A stretch of 53,090 nucleotides of DNA, the filler included, from Sphacelaria rigidula (taxonomy: Eukaryota): assembly GCA_964200075.2 (NCBI GenBank). It is 4 parts of 4 records of this genome, joined end to end, with 100 filler letters (N's around TTAATTAATTAA, not from the genome) between each part and the next. Parts side by side here need not be neighbours in the genome. Positions count along the whole stretch, not along the records: positions 1 to 13,200 come from CAXNAA020003072.1; positions 13,301 to 26,497 come from CAXNAA020003073.1; 2 more parts are not named here. The stretch is one strand, 5' to 3'. The position numbers were made by a program, and so were the translations under genes. Numbering within the stretch: position 1 is the stretch's first letter; each line of letters begins with the position of its first letter. Positions 13,133 through 23,616 of the stretch are shown piece by piece. The notes beneath the pieces were generated by a model. The model saw only the letters and a program-made list of their open reading frames with translations. It was not told the DNA's origin and searched no databases.

Positions 13133-13200
13133 AGCCTGGTCCGGCGGAAACCCGGCGTGCTCCGTCCCGGCTTTGTAGGAGCGGACCCCCGATGGGGTTG
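13133..13200 (+). repeat. Dispersed repeat family A, copy 2
   Basis: Matches 9-56 (rc) and 52661-52740; truncated by contig end. Confidence 0.9.
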
Positions 13201-13300
13201 NNNNNNNNNNNNNNNNNNNNNNNNNNNNNNNNNNNNNNNNNNNNTTAATTAATTAANNNNNNNNNNNNNNNNNNNNNNNNNNNNNNNNNNNNNNNNNNNN
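13201..13300. other. Artificial contig spacer N44-TTAATTAATTAA-N44
   Basis: Six-frame stop linker embedded in Ns. Confidence 0.99.
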
Positions 13301-15947
13301 GGGGGGGGGGGCATCGTAGAAGGTGTCTGATCTAGTCTCAGGCCGTACCTATATAGTGTCATACAATAGCCACAGAATAAATATATTGCTGATCAAAAAG
13401 TTATAATAATATAATGACATGATAATGGTAATAAACAACAGTAATTACAACAACAGTTAGTACTGATAAAACTGACTGTAACATAATATATATATTAAAC
13501 ATGCGTGTTTCAAGTAACGCTTACACAACACGCCGATCACTATTTATAATTGCGCGCAGTACGCATACAACAGTACAATCACATATTATAAATGCACACA
13601 CACTAGCAAAAAAATAACATATATGCAGACAGAAAAAAAAATACCGCGGGAAGAATCAAAGTCCGAGTGTTTGAAGAGTCTGAATGATGTAGCCGATCCC
13701 AGGACATAGACTACGACCACGATTACTACTACTACTACTGCTATTACTACTGAAAACCAATATTACAGATGCGATCGAAAGACGAAGACGCGGTACGGTG
13801 CAGATTTTCGTTCATTCACGAGGTCATCCACACGCACATATTCACACCAACAGTGCACATCGTGGTGTGTAACAAATTTCTCCTCTTTTCTCTCATAGTA
13901 TACAAGCCTGCACGCCCTTCGACACACAACATACGTGACAGGCACACCGTACCCACACGGACACACGCACATGCATACATGCACGCGCGGTGCAAAAGTT
14001 CTGTATTTTTTCGCAACCGCACAAAAAAGAACCAACACGTACACAAAGCACGCACACGTAAACACACACAGGTCACTTTCCAGCAGGCGCCTTCAATTAC
14101 CATAACACTCACAGGAAAAGCCTGTGCCTGCGTAAACCATGGCACCCGACGACGAGAGACGTTGAAAAAAAACTTCCTTTCGCGAAGCAAACAATAAACC
14201 ACAGGGACCAAGACACGGCGCTTGCAACGTGTATGCGAACATTTATATATTTCCTGCCGAAAAAATAACAGCGAAACCAATCGCGGTATCTTCAAACAAC
14301 CCGTAAAATCTGTAAATGTCTGCTGTGAGGGGGCTCGCGCGAAGCCTCAAGTTCGGAAAAGTACTGCTAGCTAACCGCCGTCAAGGTTGGTGACCCCCAT
14401 GCTGTAGCTTGAGCAATTCCTGTCCAGTCACGCATATGACTCCAAAGTAAGTGACGACATAGCTACCGTGAATTACAGGGTCCCTAATGAATAACGGGGT
14501 CCCCAATCTGTGAAGCTCGCAATAGAAGTTGAAGGAATCGCTTCCACACGCTTGCGGTGATTGATCGATGAAGGGAAAACGCACCCCTTCGCTTGTTTAC
14601 GAAAGCGAAACGAAATATCGCAAAACCGCCACCGTACCAAGAAATTCACAATTAAACCAAAAATTGCAGACAAAAAGAAGCAAACAGCCGTTCTATGCCT
14701 ATTTTACCCTCGCTTCCTCTGATGGAAAGATCTGAATAGTTGGAAAAAATGAATGAAAATCTCAAGCATACTTGAGTGCGGCAGCACAACTGTGCAATAC
14801 CAATATGTATGCACGTACATCGAGTGAACGCAAGAAATAGCCTTTTGCCGTATATGAAGTGTCTCAGCACCAAAATTGTCGTTCGACACGCTTTTAAATG
14901 GAACGCTCATGAAAGAGGAGTTCAACTCTGTCTAATAATGTGTCAAACACATGCGTTCATCGACCAACTTGATAAATAGCCACCCACATTTTGTTTTGAT
15001 TCTAAAGCATGGTTTCCACGTCGAAAACACACATTGTCCGATCCCCGGGATCCTCAACCCCGATTCTCTACACAAACAGCCACCCGGGGTTTCCAACATA
15101 TGATCCGGCAGTTATAACAGCTCAGTTTCTACCTGACATTCGCACCCCCGTGCGTTGTCCCCGATTGGAGAATCATACCCTGAACGACGAGCAGCCTGTA
15201 CGTGCTCCCGCACTACCTCCACTTTCCTCACTCTCGTTTGTTTTGAATCGATTCACCGTCATTTATTTATCACTCTCGAACTTATGTCGCGGTTCTAGCA
15301 GCTCTATATTTCAGTGTCGCGTCCGTACTGACGTCCGCAGCCCCTTTCACCCAGAGAAAACTCAAGCAATACAAACACGACTACATTATGCAGCTATCCT
15401 GCATGTACCTAGTGTACTCGATGACTGGAGCAAGACCATAGCCCTCGCGGAAGCCGGCGTTCCGGGGAAAGGGCGTGCGTATAGTGCTCCATTTATTCTA
15501 CACCGATATTATGCTGGTAGTGCGACCACCGTCAAAAGAGTCAATGAAACGTTCGTTGATCATGTCTCGTCTCTTGATTATTGTTATTTTAGTCGAAGCA
15601 AAAACAAAACACTAAATGAGTACAAAACCCTGGTCATTATGGACAGGTAAGCATACATCCTTCGGAACATGACCATGTATTCAAAAAGAGAGATATCTCC
15701 TGAGAACGAAAAACCGCACCTAGGAAACCAGCAACCCCCTTCACTTGGAGAAGAAACAAATGCAGTTAGATGAAGTATCAATAACCATTGACGGATAGAA
15801 TTAACGTTCCGGTTATCATGAACTCCCTCTCCTCTCACCACCAGCAACAAAGAAATGCATAGACAGCAAACAAGTGAACAAATAAACAATTATTGAATGC
15901 TCAAGTAAATTAAACGGTAACAATAATCTTGAAATACTTTTTTTTGT

Positions 15948-16326
15948 TCAACTCTGGTAGCGTATTTGGGGCGCAGAGAATCGTCCGTTCCCGTGACCAT
16001 TCCCATCAGGGTTGGCAACCGGAGGATAATTACTGAATCGCATCCCACCCTGTTCTCCGACCATGTACCTCGCACTTCCGTGAATATGATCAGCAACATT
16101 CTTGTACCCACCGTTGCTGTAGCCAGCGCCCTCGGCCGCATCTGCGACCGCGTGTGCTAGCACCGCCCCAGGGCCAACTCGCGCCCCCCTCCGCCCCCCC
16201 TGGAAATGTGCGTTGTGACTTGAGGTGTAGAACGTACCCCCGGGGCTGTTGAATTCCCCTCCCGTTGCTCTGTGCTGCTGTTGAACCGGGTGTTGCCCCC
16301 AGCGGAGTTGCTGAGATGTTCGCGCG

Positions 16327-16358
<32 letters not shown>

Positions 16359-16493
16359 CTGCTGTTGCTGTTGTCTGTAGGAGAGTCCCAGGCCGTTGGC
16401 GTGTGCAGCCGCCGCGACAGCCGCGGCAGCTGCGGCACTGACTGCCGCGCTGCCGCTGCTGCTGCTACTGCTACTGCTGTTGTTGCTGCTGAC
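15948..16493 (-). CDS. Probable MAP kinase, terminal exon (polyS, polyA, Q15 tail)
   Basis: Acceptor gtccag|GTC in phase 0 with the 22086 donor; open frame VSSNNSSS...QIRYQS*. Confidence 0.7.
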
Positions 16494-17938
16494 CTGGACG
16501 TTTTGTTGGTTCGTTCGTTCGTTTCGCCGACAGGTTTTGGGGGGAAATGTGGGGGTGAGACGTTGTTGTTTTTTACGCATGTCGACTGTGAGGCGAAAAA
16601 GAGACAAAAAGAAAAACGCCCATGCTTCCTTCTTTCTGCTTCAGGCTGGTCCAGGGTGAATTCCCTTCATTTACTCCCCACTAGACACAAAACACACAAT
16701 GGACCCGATATAAGCATATCTGGTATTACGGTGACCCCCACGACCAAGCGAACAGTGTGGAATAGCCAGATATGGTTATTGCGTCCTTCGCCGTGGTGCT
16801 GGTAGTGAAAATGCGTTTCGGCCAATCAGAGACCTTCAAATATTTCTGAAATTTTGAATGAGAATTACCGGCACAATTTGTACTCAATCGTATGATGGAT
16901 CAAGCCTTAGTAACCTCAATCAGCTAGAGAATCTAACGCAAAAAAACAAAACTGGAAACTGTTTGCATGGGATGGAATTATATCCCTAAAACGTGATGTT
17001 CCGGTAATGTGGTGGTGTGCCATCGTCGTTCGATTTCCATTGATGACAAAAACCGAAGACCCAGAGAGCCTCTCGATAGACCCCCTTGTACCTGTCGTAG
17101 CAAAACTAAAATCATCCTCAAACTTCGCAATTTCGTAGATATTGGAGCTCCCGATGGAAAAACGAATCGTTGAAGAACATTTTGAAGTTTTTGCCGCTCT
17201 TTACCGGTGTCCGGGAGTCCCGGCGTGACGACCCTCGAAAGCCGGTACATATTTCCTTCAAGTACCAAATATAAATTTGACTCGTCTCGAGGTAGTCCAG
17301 GAACCGTTTGTACAAATCTTCGCTGCATTGTTTGAAAAGCTGATATCAAACGGTCGATGCAAGCTCAAACGCACACGAAAAAGGTCGAAAGCAGACTATT
17401 ATCGAGTACTTGGGAGGATTCAGCGTGCATTTGTACGCTTCAACGCACACGGGCGCAATATCTCACGTAGTGAGTTCGAGTTGGGCTCTGAAGTGCTGCA
17501 AACCTGTGCTCTGGAATACTCCGAAATTTGCGTGAAGGTTGTTTTTTCCGCCGGATATCCGGGGCCTCGCAAGGCGGTGCACACACCACCTCCTGTGTGC
17601 AAAGTTTCATGGTCGAACTCGAAAAACTCGAGTGAGAAATCACAGAGTATCTTTTGGAAGTTCACCCTTAACCAGCCTGTAGTAATGAATTAGAATGCTA
17701 GACGGAAGGCCAAAGTGGCACGTTGTTTTTTTATTCATCTCGTCGTGTCGTTCCCACACATGAGCCCGTGTTGAAATTACACCCCATCTATTCCTCGTGT
17801 GAGCCCTTTTTCTGTTACCGTCTTTTGAATCGCGATATCAACGCTTCGCCTTCCTCTCGGGATGAGTGCGTAGTCTCAAAGGAGACGATTCAATCTCTCC
17901 TCCATTGCGACATTTTTGGGGGGGTCACAGATAACAGT

Positions 17939-18955
17939 GGGTACATTATCACCCATTTCAGCCCCACAGTAGGTACGGATAAACGCGCACGTTTGAGCTG
18001 TCCGTGCTAGGCCCAAATCACTCGAACATCCATCCCGACGCAAAGGTATGGCGCCCAACGCCCATACAGAGCATGTGCGCCAACCTTTGCGAAAAAAGAG
18101 CGCAATTTAGTGTCGAGCAGTACCGCGGGTGACAAGGACCTCGCCGAGTACCCTATTTTGTAGAATAATGGGGGTAGATATACCCGCCACAAAACTACGA
18201 GGTGTATCCTGTACCCTATTACGTCTTATAATATTCCCTATGATGTCCAAATTGTACCCCTATTTGACCACTATCGGCCTTCCACAGCCGCCGTCTAACC
18301 CACCGCATGGCACAAATTCGAACGCCCAAAGAACATTCCCAACACTTCCTTTCACGTCGTTCTACGGCCTGGAGACTAACACCCGGGCGTCGGTGACCGC
18401 CACGCCAATAAACGAGACCCCGTTAGAGTGATTGACACACCCCACGACCTCTGGGCGCGCGCGCGCGCGCAAGCAGCGCAAGAAGTCGCCGAATACGGAG
18501 CAAGTTGTGTCACCGTTTGTGTTGCGCTTCGTGTTCCGCAAGTTGGTGTGCCGTTTGCGTTGTGTTTCGTACTGCGCAAGTCGTGGAGCCGTTTTTTTGC
18601 GCGCGCGTCGAAAGGTAGTGCGGGGTGTCAATCACCACGGTGGGGTCTTGTTTGTTTGGGATGGAGATCACTGACGGCGGGATGTGGAGTCTCCAGACCG
18701 TAGAAAGAGTGAGACTGAGCGTTGGAGGTGTTGTTCGGCCATTCGAGTTTTGCCGTGCGGTGGGTTGGGCGGTGGCTGTGTAAGGCCGACAGTGGTTGAA
18801 ACAATTTTCGCGAAAGTTGGTGTTCATGCTCTGTATGGGCTGTGGGCACCTTGCCTTTGCGTCGGGATTGATTTTGTGCGTGGTTTGGGCCTGGCACGCT
18901 TCAATAAGCGCGTTTATACCGTACCTACTCAAGGGCTGAAATATATGATGTACCC
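17939..18955. mobile_element. ~1-kb foldback/MITE with long imperfect inverted arms, in MAPK intron
   Basis: GGGTACAT...ATTTCAGCCC...AGTAGGTACGG at left mirrors CCGTACCTACT...GGGCTGAAAT...ATGTACCC at right. Arms ~17939-18470 and ~18595-18955; the left arm has an extra ~150 bp. No TSD seen. Confidence 0.85.
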
Positions 18956-19621
18956 GCTTTGCCGCTTCCCTGATTTTTTCGTGGATCCGATGAGCACTCT
19001 CGCACCGCGTGGACTTCCCGTTGAATTTAGTTTGTTATCAACTTGTGTGCTCACTCTTCCAATGGCAGGAACCGTATTCTGGCGAGAAAGTACCACATAT
19101 ATATACATATATATGTCGGGATTTTACGTACATCCTTCCGCTCCTAGGGGTCTATTGGTGCACTGTACCGGTGACACGACCGGGTCGCGGCGGCCACTGC
19201 ATATGGTACTAAAGCTCTTTTCTTGCCATACCATGCTCTACCCTGGCTAGTGCAGATTTGAGATCCGGTGCTTCATGGGAGCGAACGAAGAGAGGGAAAG
19301 AGAGGAAGGAAATAGACAACATCAAGTAATCAAGACGTTTAAAACGCACGCAGACACACATATATATATGTGTGTGTATATACTCGGGAAGGGCGAGTCC
19401 TCATTTTATTTAGGCAAGCTTCAAACGCAAATGATATGAAGAGAAACACAGTACTTGGATTTGTTTTCTTCATCCCTCAGGAGCCCGTCGTTTTTTGTTC
19501 TCGTTCTTGTTTTTCTCTCGGGACCGACGATCAGTACGGTATCAGATCCGTTTGGCATTTTCTGTTTCCGTCTTCCCCCCCCTTTTTCGCCTCCCCCCAC
19601 CCCTCCACCCTTCCCCTCCGT

Positions 19622-19691
19622 CTCCGTCTCGAAAGGGGTGCGTGGTCAATGGTCGAATGACTAAGGGAAGCAACACATGAGTACGCCCCCC
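19622..19691 (+). repeat. Dispersed repeat family B, copy 2
   Basis: Matches reverse complement of 84-162. Confidence 0.8.
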
Positions 19692-19914
19692 TGAATGATG
19701 TTATGACTACGGCATACAACATCATGAATACCTCCGCTCCCCGCCATCTTCTCCATTTTTTTTTGTTCGTTGCAATTTACCCCGTATTGTTCTCTCTCAT
19801 TCTTCCTGCAATATCCCCTTTCCTTGAGTTTTTCTCGCGGTCAGTGAGCGAGTGTGCATTTGCCTTCGGTAGTTTCATCCTGTGACCCTAGCCGAATAAT
19901 CGCAGCGAATCCGA

Positions 19915-20420
19915 TGGCTGATCGATTGACAGTGAAAGATGACCTGCTCGTCGAGGGACCCAGCCGTGGTCATCATCTACGAGATATCCGTGCCAAGGTG
20001 CACGAGACATCAACACTATATTTCTTTTTATGTTTGTTACACAGTATATCCAACGGACAAACGTACTAATGCTACGATTGACTAACAGATTGTCGCACAT
20101 TCACTGATCCCTGAGAGACCCAACGGCGGTCATTATCCACAAGAAGGACGTATCCAAGGTAAAAACACAACGGAAGCGCTCGCTTTGATTGATTGATTGA
20201 TTGTCGCCCTTTAACTGACCCCCAGGGGTCCAGCCGTGGTATCATGCTACAGAACGAGAATAGTGGGGTGAGAAATAGACAAAAAAATTGAACAAACGGA
20301 GTTGAAAATGCTGAAAACAAGTTCAAGGACAACAAACAAACAAACGCGAAAACAAGCACGTCTCTGCGAAAACCAACCAACGGGCCAGACCAACTTACCA
20401 ACCAGATCAAGCAGATCAAC
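19915..20420 (-). mobile_element. Three stacked LINE-like 3' ends (T-rich UTR + GACCACGGCTGG module + TCAA-type tail)
   Basis: Module starts near 19970, 20130 and 20240 on minus; the 20240 copy has a clean (TCAA)n tail and the other two are decayed. Same module on plus at 21651 and 34103. Confidence 0.65.
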
Positions 20421-20947
20421 CAATCATTCATAATTAATTGACAATTGCGACGCTGCTACTTTTCAATCGGTGAAGTCCCAAGCTCCTCCTAATACAACAG
20501 CTATTCGGCAATGTTCAAATATGCGAGTAGGTACGTTGACGCGACGTGGAGAATACAGATCCATTCCGCGATAGTAATATGTCAGGCAGGTACTGAGACG
20601 GAGAGACGGGTTAATCCCCCGAGAGTAAAGCGTCGTCCCACGGAAGGGCAGGGGTTGGAACTATAAAGCACAAAGTAGAACACTATACTTGTAGACATAC
20701 AAGAACATCAGCACTGCACGAAGCTATCGCTCATATATCAATTAGTCATCGGCATACTCATCCACGAGTATTTCTTTGTGTCCGTATATACTGGGAAGTG
20801 CCGCAGCGAGAAACAAATTTCATGACCCCCCCGCCATTCTCCCGTTCGATTCAACTTTCGGCGTTCTCGTGACGCCAGGTCGTCATCTTGTATCCCTAGA
20901 GCTCTAGTGGTACGTACCCGCGCGCCCCGGTTGTCTGATCGGTACAA

Positions 20948-21070
20948 CTGAAACCACTTGGGTTACCACTGAAACTAGTGTGGAGTTATGACTAAAACTA
21001 GTTGGGGTTACAACTAAACTAGTTGGGGTTACAGCTGAAAGCAGGTGGAATCCAACTAAAGTAGTGGGGG
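20948..21070 (+). repeat. ~21-23-bp minisatellite (CTAAACTAGTTGGGGTTACAA-like), ~6 degenerate units
   Basis: Direct inspection. Confidence 0.8.
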
Positions 21071-21289
21071 AACAATTATACTTCGTTTGGGCGGAAGATT
21101 GGGGGTTTGAAACTCGGCGGATGTATGCGGGTGTTTGTCCGAGAAAGTATCTGATCTCCGTCGATGAAATCGTGAAGGCGTGAGAACTGACGAGAGTAGA
21201 AAAATGACGTTTATCCGCTAAAACATTGAAGCGGCGAAGGAGTAAGTGCTCATCCAATCCGTGGGACCAAAGTGAAAGACTTCTGCCGG

Positions 21290-21730
21290 GGCAGAGATGT
21301 TGATTCCTCGAGACTCCGGAGTTGTCCCGAGGAAGGACAGCGAGGGTTCAAAGAAAAAGATGGAGAACTGAAGAAAAAAAAGCTGCGGAATAGGCGGTCC
21401 GTGGAACAGGTGAGTAAACTAATCTCCCATAAAAAGCGATTTGTTAGGTAAATACTTGAAGATAAACGGGGAACAATATTCTGCTTTGTTTTGCTTTTGT
21501 TTTGGACCTTTTTTGAATCATGTTTATACCTTTTTCAGTCTACTTTGTTTGATGGCTCAACTGTTGTTTTTTCCTCCCTTCTATTTTTCCCATTTTTTCT
21601 TCTTGTTCTGCAAGTATTTCCGTTTCATTTCCGTTGAGTAAGTCTGTGTTGTGACCACGGCTGGATCATGGATCATGACTACCTTGGTGATGAGTAATTG
21701 TGCGACAATCGATCAATCAAATCAAATCAA
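21290..21730 (+). mobile_element. 5'-truncated non-LTR retrotransposon 3' end
   Basis: Purine-rich segment, then T-rich UTR, then GTGACCACGGCTGGATC...TGTGCGACAATCGATCAATCAAATCAAATCAA; 5' boundary approximate. Confidence 0.55.
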
Positions 21731-22085
21731 TATATTAGTACTGTAGTTTCAGACGAAAACCGAGCGGCATCAATTTTCCAGTCCTTAAAATGATAGGGTT
21801 CAACAGAATGCCGTCGACGGGCTGCGGTAGTGAGAGCTGGTATCCACGATCCACTGCTGGGTACGTCATGGGGGTTGGTGATTCGGGGGGGAACCAGGTT
21901 AATCCCTTGGCAATATGGATTCATTTCGAGGGGGGTGTACTCATAATCATGTCTGCCATAGTCATCAGACCATTGACCGTTTCGAGGGGGGGGGGGCAGC
22001 AAAGGGAGGGGTTGGAAACACGACAGAAGCACACAAGAGATCATATAATGATAATGCTTGAATTTTCGCTCGTGCATGTCTTCAC

Positions 22086-22191
22086 CTGAGCACCACCATG
22101 CACGGTCGAACTCGGAGCCATTTCTTGCTCGGTAACCATAGCCGCTGCCGCGACCGCTTCATCGTGGCGCCGCATCCACCGCTGCTGCCTG
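22086..22191 (-). CDS. Probable MAP kinase, C-terminal extension exon
   Basis: NAGNAG acceptor (cagCAG: start 22191 or 22188) in phase with upstream AG|; encodes RQQRWMRRHDEAVAAAAMVTEQEMAPSSTVHGGAQ; donor CAG|GTGAAG. Confidence 0.7.
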
Positions 22192-22271
22192 CTGCAATGT
22201 TTGCGGAAGTAATAAAGGAAGACACATGATCATGTGGAGTTATGGATGCATATTGATCGTACCGTCGCGCC

Positions 22272-22440
22272 CGGTAGCCTGATTTAAAGTGGTACAACGG
22301 GTGTGTTTGGGTTGAAACTAATGGGGGTTCGATTCCCGGCGAATGCGTCGTGTGTCGTTTTCTCGAGAAGTATCTGATTATCGTTGTTGGAAACGGGAGG
22401 GCGGATGTGAGTAGCAAAGAAGAGTTGTGGGACGATAGTT
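22272..22440 (+). mobile_element. Degenerate tRNA-derived SINE, family E
   Basis: B-box GGTTCGATTCC; body ...GAGAAGTATCTGAT... shared with 21061-21215. Confidence 0.5.
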
Positions 22441-22798
22441 CATGCGGTGCGAGTGTCATGATCCAATGCGCGATGCGATGCCAAAGTGTAAGGCGTGTAC
22501 CGAGGGAGAGGGGTCGTTTCCTTGAGACGACGTAGTCGCCCCGAAGGAGGGAAGGGATTCACACTACTATGACGAGGATAAGAAAAATGTATCTCTGCCG
22601 GGAATCGAATTGCGTGTGTGGTATCATTTTGTGATGCTTCGTTGTCCACGTGTACCTTTTGCGCCTGAAGTACCTCTGCATCTGTTGCCTCTCTGATCCA
22701 TCCGACATTCCCAGGCCTGGTCACCAATACAACTGCTTCACCCAATATAAATGCAATTTTACGATACACCGCAAGCTCTGGTAAGAAGGACATCATAC

Positions 22799-23160
22799 CG
22801 GTCGCTCCGGTGGCTCAGTTGGTAACCTCGACCTTCTGATGGTTGGGTCGTGGGTTCGAATCTCGGTGCAGTCACACGATCTGAGATATTTTTCTCACAC
22901 GACGCCCAACAGTGGACAGCGACTATGTCGTGGGTGCACAAAATTTGACTCCATGGTCGACGAGGGAAAGGGAGTGCTGAACCCCTCTCTCGATAACAAA
23001 TAAGGCAAGCACCGCAGAAGGAAGGTGGAGAACTTGAACAAATAAAGAAAAGAAAAAGCTCCTGTGTTGGCCTCCCTCTTGTGTGACCCCGGCTGGTGCG
23101 CCCACATATACCGAAAGGTATAAATTGGCAACCAGAATAAACGGGATGGCACCACACACA
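22799..23160 (+). mobile_element. Full-length tRNA-derived SINE, family D (~360 bp)
   Basis: A-box TGGCTCAGTTGG, B-box GGTTCGAATC, 3' hairpin TATACC-GAAA-GGTATA, (CA)n tail, possible TSD CATAC (22794-22798 / 23161-23165); copies at 28287-28645 and 47306-47493. Confidence 0.85.
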
Positions 23161-23305
23161 CATACGGGGAACTAAATACTATCGTAGGATACGTACCATG
23201 ATGGCTTTTACGTAGCATCTACCTTGTGACCCCATTTATCATCATACCACACAAAAGTTGCGTATATTTTTTCCTCGTCGTTCATGCTGATTTCCATGCA
23301 CCCAC

Positions 23306-23616
23306 CTGCGTATTTGTTGTTGCTGCTCCACTGAATACTCACAGGCCCGCCCTCCGGTCCCGGTATCAGCACTGTGGCTCTCGTCGCCAGCGGCACCACC
23401 CCCGTCACCACCGCTGTTCGATCTTGCACTGCGGTTACCGTAGCCGGGTGGTGTTCGCGCCGACATTTCAGTGGCGTTGGTGTTGGCGGTATTGTTCTTG
23501 CTGCTGCTGCTGCTGCTGTTGCTACTGCTGTTGTTGTGAGGGCTGCAGGCGGCTGGTTCGGCCGCGGCCCGACCTTCCCATTCACGCTTGCGCTGCTCGC
23601 GCTGGAACGACTCCAC
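23306..23616 (-). CDS. Probable MAP kinase exon (end of L16 helix plus low-complexity tail)
   Basis: Acceptor caacag|GTG in phase 0 gives KKMILDE|VESFQREQRK; donor CAG|GTGGGT. Confidence 0.75.

Noticed and set aside
1-13200. Contig 1 as one 13-kb TIR element (Polinton/virus-like) because its ends are inverted repeats
   Set aside because: The repeat also occurs on another contig, the two ends diverge outward, and the interior holds spliced host genes with no integrase, polymerase or capsid.
15009-15650. 213-aa plus-strand ORF
   Set aside because: No recognisable motif or splice context; lies antisense just downstream of the MAPK stop.
21945-21990. Hammerhead ribozyme (GAAAC...CTGATGA on minus)
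   Set aside because: No room for stems I and III, and other family B copies lack CTGATGA.
22799-22875. Functional tRNA genes here and at 26796 and 36767
   Set aside because: Acceptor and anticodon stems do not form; each is attached to a repeat body.
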